Positions 31,430-41,734 of a DNA stretch of 54,397 nucleotides are shown piece after piece (position 1 is the stretch's first letter; every line of letters begins with the position of its first letter). The position numbers and the translations under genes were made by a program. The notes beneath the pieces are model-generated. The model was not told where the DNA came from. It saw only the letters and a list, made by a program, of their open reading frames with translations, and made no database searches. The stretch comes from a virus (Duplodnaviria; Caudoviricetes), in the IMG/VR virus record IMGVR_UViG_3300031963_000196, positions 1 through 54,397 of that record; one strand, written 5' to 3'.

Positions 31430-32049
31430 TGTCTACAATAAATTATCAATTGAAAATAGAAGGATTTGTCAAAATTTCTGACCCTGTAACAGGAGAAGTT
31501 TTTGTAGACAAGAAAAATGCGATTCACTACGAAAATATGTCCGAATCCATTGCTGACACATTAAGTAGCAGGGGATACGGTGGAATTTATAAAATGGCCT
31601 TTGGTAACGGTGGGGCAAGTATTGACAGTACGGGTATTATCACGTATCTGCCACCAAACACTACAGGACAAAATGCTGCATTGTACAATCAAACATATGA
31701 AAAAATTGTTGACGATACTAGCGTTTTAAATACGGATCCTGCCAGAAATAAGATGGTAGTATCACATATAATCGGGAAAGTTTACAGTGATATCGTAGTG
31801 CAATGCTTACTAGATTACGGCGAACCTGCAGGACAATCAGCATTTGACAATAGCACACAACTAGAATCTACTTACACTTTTGATGAGATAGGACTACTAG
31901 CTGACTATGGTACAGATACCGCAGGAAATGATCAAACAAGACTTTTGACTCACGTTATTTTTCACCCGGTTCAAAAAAGCCTTAATAGACAGATTCAAAT
32001 AGATTACACAGTGCGTATTCAAAGTTTAACAAACCTTGTTACCATATAA
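31429..32049 (+). CDS. Virion structural protein (baseplate/fibre attachment)
   Basis: 206 aa; MAFGNGG, LDYGEP, FDEIGL, LLTHVIFHPVQKSLNR.IQIDYTVRI; structural operon context. Confidence 0.65.
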   Translation: MSTINYQLKIEGFVKISDPVTGEVFVDKKNAIHYENMSESIADTLSSRGYGGIYKMAFGNGGASIDSTGIITYLPPNTTGQNAALYNQTYEKIVDDTSVLNTDPARNKMVVSHIIGKVYSDIVVQCLLDYGEPAGQSAFDNSTQLESTYTFDEIGLLADYGTDTAGNDQTRLLTHVIFHPVQKSLNRQIQIDYTVRIQSLTNLVTI

Positions 32050-32057
32050 GATAAATA
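32050..32057 (+). promoter_or_regulatory. Late promoter GATAAATA
   Basis: Octamer followed by GGAG RBS and ATG 32088. Confidence 0.7.
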
Positions 32058-32087
32058 CTAAAGTTTAAAAAATGGAGTAAAAAACAC

Positions 32088-33281
32088 ATGGCATATACAA
32101 TTATACGAAGCGACGGTACAGTATTAACGACAATTCAAGACGGTACCATCAATACACAAAGTACATCACTAGGACTTCCTGGTCGAAATAAGTCCAATTA
32201 TGGACAAATTTTAGATACTAACTTTGTTAGACAACTAGAAAGTTATGCTGCAAGTTCTCCTCCTCCTAATCCGTTGCGAGGCCAACTATGGTATAACACA
32301 AATACAAATACACTTTGTGTTTGTCCGGCTGACGGAACGCTTGTAGCAAGCAACTGGATTACATTAACATCGACAACCGCTGCAGGAAATGCTACCCTAG
32401 CAAATGTTAATGCTACTGGTACTCTTATCGCCAACAGCATTACATCCAATAATGCAATTATAGGAAATTCTATAACTGTAACAACAGCAAATGTCACAGG
32501 CAACTTGTTTGCTGCTAATGCGAATCTTGTTGTAGCAACATTAGGATCAGCGACCACAACATCTATCAGTACAGGTGGTACTACAGTAGTAGGAACAATA
32601 CAAGGTGCATGGTCAGCGCAGGGTAACTGGACAATGCAAAATGGCGACTTGGCTTGGACATCTAATTCTTTTGGTATAAAATGCGACAGATACATGTATG
32701 CAAATGGTATACCATTCAACCCAGCAGGTACATATACCAATGCAAACGTGTCTGATTATTTGACTGGAGCGAACGCAGTAGCTCAATTTACAGGCAATAT
32801 TGCTCCAAATAAAGTGACAACAACTGAACTTGCGGGCGGTGGTAATATTACTGGTATTTGGCAACTCAGTCCTAGTTCTAGATTACAAGCTACATACGCT
32901 GACTTAGCAGAACGTTTTGAAGCAGATCAGCCATATGATGCTGGAACTGTAGTTGAATTGGGCGGTGTCGCTGAAATTACAGCAGTAGTAGATGAATTAA
33001 GTAATAACGTTTTTGGTGTAATTAGTACAAGTGCAGCATACATGATGAACAGTGCTGCGGGAGATGATAACACACACCCTGCAGTTGCAATTAGCGGTAG
33101 AGTTCCAGTTAAGGTTAAGGGTAAAGTTAAAAAAGGTGACCGCCTAGTTAGTGCTGGAAAAGGTTATGCAAGAGCAGCAAAAGACGGAGAAGCAGATTCA
33201 TTTAATGTTATAGGAAGAAGCCTTACGACAAAAACAACAGATGGCATCGGTGAAGTTACAGCAGTCGTTGTAATTAAGTAA
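32088..33281 (+). CDS. Tail fibre/spike protein with C-terminal intramolecular chaperone (peptidase G2-like) domain
   Basis: N-terminal P.NPLRGQLWY; Asn/Thr-rich shaft; ADLAERFEAD...GTVV...GVIST..AYMMN...GRVPVKVKG.VKKGDRLVS. Confidence 0.75.
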   Translation: MAYTIIRSDGTVLTTIQDGTINTQSTSLGLPGRNKSNYGQILDTNFVRQLESYAASSPPPNPLRGQLWYNTNTNTLCVCPADGTLVASNWITLTSTTAAGNATLANVNATGTLIANSITSNNAIIGNSITVTTANVTGNLFAANANLVVATLGSATTTSISTGGTTVVGTIQGAWSAQGNWTMQNGDLAWTSNSFGIKCDRYMYANGIPFNPAGTYTNANVSDYLTGANAVAQFTGNIAPNKVTTTELAGGGNITGIWQLSPSSRLQATYADLAERFEADQPYDAGTVVELGGVAEITAVVDELSNNVFGVISTSAAYMMNSAAGDDNTHPAVAISGRVPVKVKGKVKKGDRLVSAGKGYARAAKDGEADSFNVIGRSLTTKTTDGIGEVTAVVVIK

Positions 33282-33291
33282 GGAATTTAAT

Positions 33292-34290
33292 ATGACCTAT
33301 CAACAGTATGGATCAATTCAAGCATCAGACTACAATGGATATGTAGGTGCTAGTCTCACTTCCGTAGCAAATACACTTAATGCAGTAATTGGAATAGGAA
33401 ACGGTAGATCGGGATTAGGCCAAACTACAGTACCACAGGTTCAAGGTAATAATTCTACTTTTAAAGTTACAAATGAACAGTGGAATTTGTTAATTAATAA
33501 TATTCAAAACACAGCATCTCATCAAGGTAGCACTGTAACTCCAATCTCAACGACTGCAGATGGACAATTAATTAGCGCATACATGACCGCTTCTGTACCT
33601 GCGACTTCAATATTTGCAAATAATTTAAATACTATCTTTACAAATAGAAATAATGCAGCAGCACAAGGATCCACATCAACTGACACTAGACCATATACTA
33701 CTTCATGGAATAATAAATTAACTTTTACGCATACAGTAACATTTGAATCAGGTGACAAAGCAAGGTATTTTTTTAATGCTGGCGGTCAAATCGCACTAAG
33801 TTTTTCACATCCTTCTGGTACAAATATGAATAACTTATGGAATACTCTTTGTTCAGCTGCCGGTACAATTACATTAAGTGCGGTTAACAGTGGTACGCAA
33901 ACAATTGCAGGTACAGTATTTAATGGAGTCACTAGAACCGGAGGAACTGGTAGTGCAACAACATTATCTACTAACACAGGATATTATGGACTATTAAGTA
34001 CTGATCAAACTATATTCAAAATGACTGCAACAGTTGGTCCATCTGGGTATCTTTCTAGTTTTATAGAAGTACGAGTAAAAACTAATGGCACTCAAGGTAC
34101 AAACGGTGACGCCGGAAGTATTATAACTATTACGACTATTTGGGATTCAATGCCCGACGGTGGTAATACTAATCTTGGCAGATCAGGTCCAAATTCAACA
34201 ACTACCTGTGTAGTGCGCAGTCCTAGTAGTTCATATCTTTCTCCAACTTGGGGAGCCTTCAACATATCAAGCAGCGTAACAGGAAGTTAA
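33292..34290 (+). CDS. Virion structural protein (Ser/Thr/Gly-rich)
   Basis: IQASDYN N-terminus, ARYFFNAGGQI motif, AAGGA RBS, structural operon. Confidence 0.6.
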   Translation: MTYQQYGSIQASDYNGYVGASLTSVANTLNAVIGIGNGRSGLGQTTVPQVQGNNSTFKVTNEQWNLLINNIQNTASHQGSTVTPISTTADGQLISAYMTASVPATSIFANNLNTIFTNRNNAAAQGSTSTDTRPYTTSWNNKLTFTHTVTFESGDKARYFFNAGGQIALSFSHPSGTNMNNLWNTLCSAAGTITLSAVNSGTQTIAGTVFNGVTRTGGTGSATTLSTNTGYYGLLSTDQTIFKMTATVGPSGYLSSFIEVRVKTNGTQGTNGDAGSIITITTIWDSMPDGGNTNLGRSGPNSTTTCVVRSPSSSYLSPTWGAFNISSSVTGS

Positions 34291-34326
34291 AATTTTTTAA
34301 GACCGTTTTATATTCTAAATATTTTT

Positions 34327-34632
34327 ATGAATATAAACGGTCTTGTAAGTGAAGCGAAAGCCAAATTTGATCATAATTTGGCTAAACATTATCTCAAAGA
34401 AAAATACCAAAGTAAATTAATTTTTGCAGATCAAGGCGGGCTTTGGAAAGCTACACCTGATTTCTTAAGTTTTCTTTCTACTGTAACACTCAACGAAACT
34501 GTAATATTGGATTTACATGAAAATCCAATTAAAGTGGATAAAGAATTGTTAAGCATAAAAGCTCATGCTACATATCACGATGTTATGACTGAGTGGCATG
34601 AAGAATGGGTTGAATTAAGAAAGAAACGATGA
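34327..34632 (+). CDS. Hypothetical protein, first gene of GT-like cluster
   Basis: 101 aa; CTAAATA motif 5 nt upstream; ATGA overlap with the next gene. Confidence 0.6.
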   Translation: MNINGLVSEAKAKFDHNLAKHYLKEKYQSKLIFADQGGLWKATPDFLSFLSTVTLNETVILDLHENPIKVDKELLSIKAHATYHDVMTEWHEEWVELRKKR

Positions 34633-35390
34633 AAGGTGTGTTATTATTTGCCTTTAATAACGATGAAACAGACTATGTTAAAATGGCAAGCATTACTGCT
34701 AAAAAAGTTAATGACTACTTGAATTTACCATGCACTCTAATAACAGATGCAGAAACTACTTTTGATTTTGATAATGTAATTTATTTGGATAAAGATAGTT
34801 CCAATAAAAAAAGACAAAAAGTTTGGAATAATAAGGGAAGATATAATGCGTATCATCTTTCTCCTTATGATGAAACACTTGTATTAGATGTTGATTATGT
34901 CATAAACTCAAACCGTCTACTCACTGTTTTTGATTTTTATGATGATTTTTGCATCCACAACTCTAGCAGTTTTCTAATGTATCCTGACTTTGAACAAGAA
35001 AAATTAGGAGAATCAAGTTTTAACACACTATGGGCTACAGTTTTGTTTTTTAAAAAAACAAACAGAGTAGAATATCTTTTTGATTGTGTAGAAATGGTTC
35101 AAAAAAATTATCAACATTATGTTGATTTACATGGTATGTGGTCTGATACATTTAGAAATGATCATGCGTTTGCCATTGCCAATAGAATTGTAAATGGTCA
35201 TATAGAACAAACTTCAAACTACATTCCTTGGAATCTATTACATATAGGAGAGAATACGTTTGTTGAAAAGCTTTCTGAAACAGAATACAAAATCATTTTG
35301 CGTGAAGAAAAAACAAAATATATTATAGTTAAGAACACAGACTTTCATATGCTTGATAAAAATAACTTTATGGAGATGTTCAATGAGTAA
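34629..35390 (+). CDS. GT-A fold glycosyltransferase-like protein
   Basis: KGVLLFAFN, LITD, SPYDETLVLDVDY (DxD), FRND.AFAIA, FHMLDK. Confidence 0.7.
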   Translation: MKGVLLFAFNNDETDYVKMASITAKKVNDYLNLPCTLITDAETTFDFDNVIYLDKDSSNKKRQKVWNNKGRYNAYHLSPYDETLVLDVDYVINSNRLLTVFDFYDDFCIHNSSSFLMYPDFEQEKLGESSFNTLWATVLFFKKTNRVEYLFDCVEMVQKNYQHYVDLHGMWSDTFRNDHAFAIANRIVNGHIEQTSNYIPWNLLHIGENTFVEKLSETEYKIILREEKTKYIIVKNTDFHMLDKNNFMEMFNE

Positions 35391-36180
35391 AGGTTATGTT
35401 GTTTTAGCGCAAAATACTGAAACAACTAATTATGTTAAATGTGCAGAAATGCTTGCCCTAAGTATAAAAAAGGCAATGCCTAATGCAAGTATCGCACTTA
35501 TAACTGATGATATAGAGCATAGTAAGTATTTTGATTATGTGATAGCCTTACCTTACGGAGATTTAGAACCAAATTCTTCTTGGAAATTGTGCAATGATTG
35601 GCAAGTATATGAAGCCAGCCCGTATGATCACACAATTAAATTAGAAGCAGATATGTATATACCAGTTAATATAGATTATTGGTGGGATACGCTACAGTTG
35701 AATGAAGTTGTTATATCTTCGGCTATACGAAACTTTAAGGGAGAAATAAGTGATAACTTATTTTATAGAAGTTTCATAACAAACAACAATCTTCCAAACG
35801 TATATAATGCAGTAACGTATTTTAAAAAAGGAGAGTTTGCTGAAAACTTTTTTAAAACGGTTAAATATTGTTTTGAAAATTGGGAAAGTATAAAGCCCAT
35901 ATTAAAATGCAACATCAACGAAAAAGCTACAACTGATTGGGTATATGCTATAGCTTGTCATATTTATGGAGTAGAGAATACTACTTTACCACAATTTGAT
36001 TCTTTTAGCATGGTTCACATGAAACAATTCATAAATGATTTACAGTCTGAAGATTGGACTAAAGAATTAGTGTATGAAGTAAATAGCGATTCTATAAGAG
36101 TAAACACTTTACCTCAATTATATCCATTTCACTATCATATAAAAACCTTTTGTAATATAATAGAAGATGAACTCACCTGA
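35383..36180 (+). CDS. GT-A fold glycosyltransferase-like protein (paralog of preceding gene)
   Basis: KGYVVLAQN, LITD, SPYDHTIKLEADM (ExD), TTDWVYAIA, FHYHIK; start at ATG 35383 behind GGAG. Confidence 0.7.
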   Translation: MSKGYVVLAQNTETTNYVKCAEMLALSIKKAMPNASIALITDDIEHSKYFDYVIALPYGDLEPNSSWKLCNDWQVYEASPYDHTIKLEADMYIPVNIDYWWDTLQLNEVVISSAIRNFKGEISDNLFYRSFITNNNLPNVYNAVTYFKKGEFAENFFKTVKYCFENWESIKPILKCNINEKATTDWVYAIACHIYGVENTTLPQFDSFSMVHMKQFINDLQSEDWTKELVYEVNSDSIRVNTLPQLYPFHYHIKTFCNIIEDELT

Positions 36181-36457
36181 ATTTAGACTATACTATGATG
36201 ATACTGGAAAGGTATTATTTTATACTTGCGAAAAGCTAGATGGTAATTTTATTGTAGTTGATTCGGACGTGTATTTTCAGTCAAGATTTGATATAAAAAT
36301 AGTTGACAATAAAATTATAAGCATTTACGATAAAAAAATAATTGCTAAATTACAGCCAGATACAAATGGAACAGGGTGTTATGCAAACGATATTAGTATT
36401 ATATACGATGGGCCTAATTCAAAAAAATGGAGTTTAACATTAAATGAACGTAGTTGA
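36167..36457 (+). CDS. Hypothetical protein
   Basis: 96 aa ORF overlapping both neighbours in the GT-like cluster. Confidence 0.6.
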   Translation: MNSPEFRLYYDDTGKVLFYTCEKLDGNFIVVDSDVYFQSRFDIKIVDNKIISIYDKKIIAKLQPDTNGTGCYANDISIIYDGPNSKKWSLTLNERS

Positions 36458-37373
36458 TATAGCAGATTTAGATTGCATTTATCTAAGTTATGATGAACCA
36501 CAAAAAGAAGAATTTTGGGTGAAGATTCAAAACATGATACCGTGGGCACGTAGAGTTGACGGAGTTAAAGGTAGTGATGCTGCACACAAAGCAGCAGCAA
36601 AAGAAAGTGATACAGAACGATTCATTTTAATTGACGGAGATAATCTTCCTGACTTTGATTTCTTTAATTTGGTATTAGACTTTACTAATAAAGATGAAAG
36701 CTATCAACATGCACAATACCGTTGGAAAGCTAGAAACATAATTAATGGGCTACAATATGGCAATGGTGGCATAAGCAGTTGGACTAAGACTTATGTTGAA
36801 AACATGCGCACACATGAAGCTAGTGATGGTAACACAACAACAACTGTTGATTTTTGTTTAGATTATCTTAATGGTGCTTATTGGAGTATGCACGATTGTT
36901 ATTCAACTACATATCCTAATTTTACGTCATTTCAAGCATGGCGTGCAGGGTTTCGTGAAGGTGTTAAAATGTGTTTGGTTAGTGGACAAAAGCCAGACAT
37001 AGATTCATTTAAGAAAAGTGTAGCTACAAGAAATTTAAACAATCTTACTATATGGCATAATGTAGGCATGGATGTTGAGAACGGTGAATGGGCTATATAT
37101 GGTGCAAGATTAGGAACTTACTTAACTATGTTAACTGACTGGGATTATAACAAAGTTCAAGATTTTGACGAACTAGTAAAGTTATGGGATACATTTGAAC
37201 ATAATGAACCAAAGCAACTATCTGATTTATTGTCTGACAAATTAGGATTGCCTATGTGTATGCTAAGTGCAGAACAGAGTAAATTCTTCAAACGTCATTA
37301 CAGTACTGATAAACATAACTTAGGACCTTTAGTTAAAGAAATGGATGTAATAAGAAAACTAGAAGGTTGGTAA
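36444..37373 (+). CDS. Glycosyltransferase-like protein (GT-A, DGD motif)
   Basis: IYLSYDEP, RVDGVKG..AAHKAAA, FILIDGDN, RNIINGLQYGNGG, AWRAGFREGVKM. Confidence 0.65.
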   Translation: MNVVDIADLDCIYLSYDEPQKEEFWVKIQNMIPWARRVDGVKGSDAAHKAAAKESDTERFILIDGDNLPDFDFFNLVLDFTNKDESYQHAQYRWKARNIINGLQYGNGGISSWTKTYVENMRTHEASDGNTTTTVDFCLDYLNGAYWSMHDCYSTTYPNFTSFQAWRAGFREGVKMCLVSGQKPDIDSFKKSVATRNLNNLTIWHNVGMDVENGEWAIYGARLGTYLTMLTDWDYNKVQDFDELVKLWDTFEHNEPKQLSDLLSDKLGLPMCMLSAEQSKFFKRHYSTDKHNLGPLVKEMDVIRKLEGW

Positions 37374-39407
37374 CTATACTTTTATAGGAATAACTTTTTT
37401 TGGTTTATTTCTGTATTGCTCATGTACAGTTTCTTTTGTCTGTTTTAAATCAGAAATCCAATTTTTAAAATTATCAGATATGTTTATTTTTTCTGAAAAT
37501 GACATATCATTGTAATTGGATTCTTTTTCGTATATATTTTTATTTAAATCATTTAATGAACGATGATTAAAGGTATGTTCTAAAGAAACTTTAAAAGATC
37601 CATTATTCTTAACTCCAATTTTAAAATTTGCAGTATAATCATTAGTTAACCAATCACCAAACGTAGACAAATCTTTTTCGTGGTCAAATTGAACAGTTAA
37701 TTCAAACGAACCAAAATATTTGTACATGGCATAGGCTAATGTAAAATATTCGCCAGCTATGCCCATGTTATCATTGAATTTATTTAAATCTATGTTACCA
37801 TCATATTCGCAATACTCTTTACATTTTTTATTAAAAAACCAGTTAGATTTAACTTTAAAAGTGTAAAAATCATTAATATTAAAGTATCTTTGGCTGTTAA
37901 GAATTTTAGAATCAGCGTGATTTTTTAAAACTTCTAACCATATGTGTAAAAATTTTATACGAATAAATCTATGTAGAATTGTATTTTGATATCCTTCAGT
38001 ATACCAAGCATTTAAAAATGTTTGTTCTGCTAACCAATTTTCTCCCACTATTTTATAAGTTTTCCAATCTGTTTCCATGTGGCTCGATGTTGATGGTCCC
38101 GCACCAAATCCAGGGCTTATAGCATTAATATGTTTTCTTGCATTACCTAAAAGTTGTAGGCTATGAAGGAAATCTATTCTATCTTCTGTTGGGAAACCAA
38201 TCATCCAATTAACATGATTAAATAATCCAACTTCACTGCCATGTTTTAAATTATTTTCTATTTCCCAAACCTCAACCTTTTTTCGCATATCATGTAAAAC
38301 TTTTTGACTACCTGACTCAACTCCATAACTTAAACAGGTGCATCCGCTTTCTTGAATTTTTCTTATAAAATCTTTCGTCATTCTACCATCGCATCTAGCA
38401 TAACTATTCCATTTAATATCCAATTTCCTATCAATTATTAAATCAACTATTTTTTCGAATACTTTAAGATTTCCGTTTACTAGACTATCAACGAACCAAA
38501 ATCTTTTTACGCCGTATCGGTTCGCTTGATATTCAATTTCATCAACTACTCTTTCTGGAACGTTACTTCTAAATTTCCAAAAATACGTTTCAGCACAAAA
38601 ACTACATTGAGCTATACATCCGCGTGACGTTTCAATACTGACACCATCTGGATGTTGGTAACTTGACAAATCGTAATCAGAATAATCTGGAAATGGAAAA
38701 TTTTCTAACTTTAACTTACTATCTGTAGTTCCGATTATCTTGTTATTCTCATATTGATTGGGAAGATTTTCTAGTAAGCTTAAAAATGATTCTTCTGCTT
38801 CACCTTTAAAAAGGTAGTTAAATTGCATTTGAAATATTGAGGAACCAGTAACAACTTCCGGTCCACCAACTACAAAACAAGCGTTTGGTATTTTTTCCTT
38901 TAATTTTGTAAGAAGATATTGTGTTGCAAAAATGTTTGTATTATACGCACTAAACCCTATTACTTTAGGATTAGCAGTTACAATCTCATTTATTGTTTCA
39001 TCAAACATTTTTTTTAAGTGAGGTAAAATTTCGTTCTCAAAATTTTCTTTGACAGTCCAAAGAAAATATTTTTCTCCTCGCCAATAATCTTCGTTTAAAG
39101 TATTTTTTATAATATGGTATGATTCTATGTTTAGATCATAGACTTTGGTACTATAATCATTACTTCTAATTAAACCTGTTATTTTAGCTAAATTATAGGG
39201 AGGAAATAAAACTCCCCAAGCAGGTGCCATTATAAGAGCTACTTTATACTTTTTAGTGTTGTCCCACTCAATTTTTTTTATAAAATTTTTTTTAGTCGAA
39301 TTTTTTTCAAGAGGCCCTAAGTGACTATTAGCATGATTTATTAAAGTATCTTGTTCAAGTATATGCTCTAGTATTACTTGATCTCTGTCTTTATTTAAGT
39401 TTGTCAT
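37374..39407 (-). CDS. Cobalamin-binding radical SAM protein (class B methyltransferase-like)
   Basis: N-terminal B12-binding domain (PPYNLA, DLNIE, VIGFS, VGGP, GEAE); ETSRGCIAQCSFC; YGVESGSQKVL; IGFPTE. Confidence 0.9.
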   Translation of the reverse strand: MTNLNKDRDQVILEHILEQDTLINHANSHLGPLEKNSTKKNFIKKIEWDNTKKYKVALIMAPAWGVLFPPYNLAKITGLIRSNDYSTKVYDLNIESYHIIKNTLNEDYWRGEKYFLWTVKENFENEILPHLKKMFDETINEIVTANPKVIGFSAYNTNIFATQYLLTKLKEKIPNACFVVGGPEVVTGSSIFQMQFNYLFKGEAEESFLSLLENLPNQYENNKIIGTTDSKLKLENFPFPDYSDYDLSSYQHPDGVSIETSRGCIAQCSFCAETYFWKFRSNVPERVVDEIEYQANRYGVKRFWFVDSLVNGNLKVFEKIVDLIIDRKLDIKWNSYARCDGRMTKDFIRKIQESGCTCLSYGVESGSQKVLHDMRKKVEVWEIENNLKHGSEVGLFNHVNWMIGFPTEDRIDFLHSLQLLGNARKHINAISPGFGAGPSTSSHMETDWKTYKIVGENWLAEQTFLNAWYTEGYQNTILHRFIRIKFLHIWLEVLKNHADSKILNSQRYFNINDFYTFKVKSNWFFNKKCKEYCEYDGNIDLNKFNDNMGIAGEYFTLAYAMYKYFGSFELTVQFDHEKDLSTFGDWLTNDYTANFKIGVKNNGSFKVSLEHTFNHRSLNDLNKNIYEKESNYNDMSFSEKINISDNFKNWISDLKQTKETVHEQYRNKPKKVIPIKV

Positions 39408-40513
39408 ATTACTAAAGAAGTCATGTTACCTAATTTTAATTGAGGATTTTTAAATATAGGATCTTTTAAAATTTCTATCAATTCACTTCTATTCACATGA
39501 TCTTCTTGCCAAACTGCCATACCTTTAAATTTTTCGTCACTCATGTGATACCATTGTGCTAATAAATTAGTCCATATTTTAGGTTTAGATTTATACTGTA
39601 GTTGCCATTCAACAAATTCTTTGAGTTCTTTATAATTGTCACGTTGAACTATAAAATTAGTTTGCCAATCATATAAATTGGGAAAACGTTTTTGATGAAT
39701 CATTTCATCTAAAAATAATAAATTGTTCTTTAATTTTTTAAAGTTTCCGTTTTTTCTTACTATCTTATAAGTTTCTTCTGTAAATGCGTCTACACTGACT
39801 TCAATATAGGTTATATAGGGCCAAAGAGGTTCAATTTCTCTAAGATGTTGTTCGGTCATTAAAACTCCGTTTGTCTTAAGAGTCAACCGTAAATTGTTAG
39901 GTATAGGATTTTTACTTAACTCTAGTAAGTAATTCCAGTATAATGGGCTAGCAAATGCATCACCGCTTCCTGTAATGTCTAAACTTACTCTTGGGTGTTG
40001 AGTTAAAAGTATATCAATTAATTCTTTAACTTTCTCATGAATTTGTTTGACATGTCTACCTCTACTATCATCTACATTAAACGGATCATAGTAAATTAAA
40101 TTATCTCTGCAACTTGGGCATTGTAAATTGCAACTAGGATCGTAACTAAATCCAACTCGCATTGTTGCTTTGGCTAGTCTAGTACTAAGTTCATTCTTAT
40201 CGACTAGATCCCAATGATTGTTCTCTCCCATCAGAAATGAACTCAACTGCGGGCATTGATCGTTGCAATGATCAAATTTTCCCTGCTTCATTCCTTCTTG
40301 AATTTCAAGTCTAGTGACATTTGATATAATATCTTCTGCAGATTCTACTAATATATTACCTACCCATTTTGGTAACCATGAATGACAACATGCGCTAACA
40401 AGCCCAGATGTATGAATTTCAATATGTTTGAATGGGACAGTACAAGACTTTTTGCTTAATCTTTCATCAGGATCTAGATAAAAAGATTTTGGATGTATTT
40501 TATATTCAGGCAT
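39404..40513 (-). CDS. Radical SAM protein with N-terminal twitch/SPASM-like domain
   Basis: CTVPF...GLVSACC...C...CP precedes CNLQCPSC; GSGDAF, TNG, VSVD. Confidence 0.85.
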   Translation of the reverse strand: MPEYKIHPKSFYLDPDERLSKKSCTVPFKHIEIHTSGLVSACCHSWLPKWVGNILVESAEDIISNVTRLEIQEGMKQGKFDHCNDQCPQLSSFLMGENNHWDLVDKNELSTRLAKATMRVGFSYDPSCNLQCPSCRDNLIYYDPFNVDDSRGRHVKQIHEKVKELIDILLTQHPRVSLDITGSGDAFASPLYWNYLLELSKNPIPNNLRLTLKTNGVLMTEQHLREIEPLWPYITYIEVSVDAFTEETYKIVRKNGNFKKLKNNLLFLDEMIHQKRFPNLYDWQTNFIVQRDNYKELKEFVEWQLQYKSKPKIWTNLLAQWYHMSDEKFKGMAVWQEDHVNRSELIEILKDPIFKNPQLKLGNMTSLVI

Positions 40514-41729
40514 TAATTAAATCTCTTAGTTCTGGAACTACGTCAGTTAGTTTTTCATTTCTTATAAAATCAAGTTTTTTCGTGTACTTTTTAAAGTTGT
40601 CAAGATTTTGCTGATTAAAAGGCTTATCAAGATGCCAAAATAAATGTAAAAACTTATGTTTTATATCTACATTAAATTTTGAATTATAATCAGAAATAAA
40701 TTTTTCTAGTTTTTCTTTTATTTTTTCTCTTGTACTATCAGGCAAACTACTTACATGAAATTGCGGATTGTATTCTACTATATTAAAAGAAAAGTTTTGA
40801 TAATTTTCGTCGTGTCCATTCACTGCTCCAATGTCAACTAATCTCCAAATTATTTCTGGTATACGATGAACATTCATGTTACTGACTGTGATGCCAGGTT
40901 TACAATGAATTCCTATTTCACTAACTGCTTTTAAGTTTTCTTCAACATTTTTCCAATTAGTTCCGCTTCTGATCAACTCTGCTCTTTCATCAATTTCATC
41001 AATACTAGGCCATAGCCAAACACGTTTGCCCCATTTTTTCCAGTAATCTAATACATTCTTGTTTTTGTATTTTAACACGCTCAAGTTTGTATTGTATGTA
41101 ATTATTACATCATAACGTTTTTTCTCATCCAACATGTCAAGAATTTGCCAATGTTCATCCATTAATAATGGCTCTCCACCTGCAAAGTAAATTTTTTCTA
41201 CTACATCAACATATTTTTTTAAAAAATCAATATTAGTAGATTCGTCAACTGATTGAATATTGAATACTTTTTTATCAGTTTCATGGCTAGTCCAACCCAT
41301 TTCTTTAGCATCTGGTAACCATGCACTAGAAAATTCAGGGCCACAAGTACGACATTTGTAATTACATAAATTACTAAATCTAAAGTCCCAATATCGTAGA
41401 TCCACGTTGTCTACGTGCCCATCTTCTTTTGTGATTTCAGGAATTTCTTTTAACTTTCCCTCAAAATATCTATTATGATTAATCCTAGTACTAAAATTAG
41501 AAGATTCTTCACTTTCAAAGCACCTACGACACATATTTGGTTCTTCACCGTTCAACATTTGAACACGGATACCTTTTAAGTAATCGCTATTCCAAATTTC
41601 TTCTATTGTTTGTGTTGTTAAATCACCGGCGTAAGTGCGATGTTCTGAAGTCATGCAACAAGGATAAACTTTTCCTCTGGGTATAATATTTAAATGAACC
41701 CAAGGTATAGCGCATACAGTATTTTTCAT
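40506..41729 (-). CDS. Radical SAM protein with N-terminal twitch domain
   Basis: Start moved to ATG 41729 (MKNTVCAIPW); GKVYPCC...CRRC then CNYKCRTC, FAGGEPL, YNTN, SIDE. Confidence 0.9.
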   Translation of the reverse strand: MKNTVCAIPWVHLNIIPRGKVYPCCMTSEHRTYAGDLTTQTIEEIWNSDYLKGIRVQMLNGEEPNMCRRCFESEESSNFSTRINHNRYFEGKLKEIPEITKEDGHVDNVDLRYWDFRFSNLCNYKCRTCGPEFSSAWLPDAKEMGWTSHETDKKVFNIQSVDESTNIDFLKKYVDVVEKIYFAGGEPLLMDEHWQILDMLDEKKRYDVIITYNTNLSVLKYKNKNVLDYWKKWGKRVWLWPSIDEIDERAELIRSGTNWKNVEENLKAVSEIGIHCKPGITVSNMNVHRIPEIIWRLVDIGAVNGHDENYQNFSFNIVEYNPQFHVSSLPDSTREKIKEKLEKFISDYNSKFNVDIKHKFLHLFWHLDKPFNQQNLDNFKKYTKKLDFIRNEKLTDVVPELRDLINA

Positions 41730-41734
41730 AGTAG

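Noticed and set aside
31400-31431. Programmed frameshift fusing the 48-aa ORF to the next gene
   Set aside because: The A-run is not in a canonical slippery-heptamer frame; TAATG coupling is sufficient
37374-41729. RiPP biosynthetic cluster
   Set aside because: No precursor peptide, RRE/PqqD domain, protease or exporter adjacent; cannot be fully excluded
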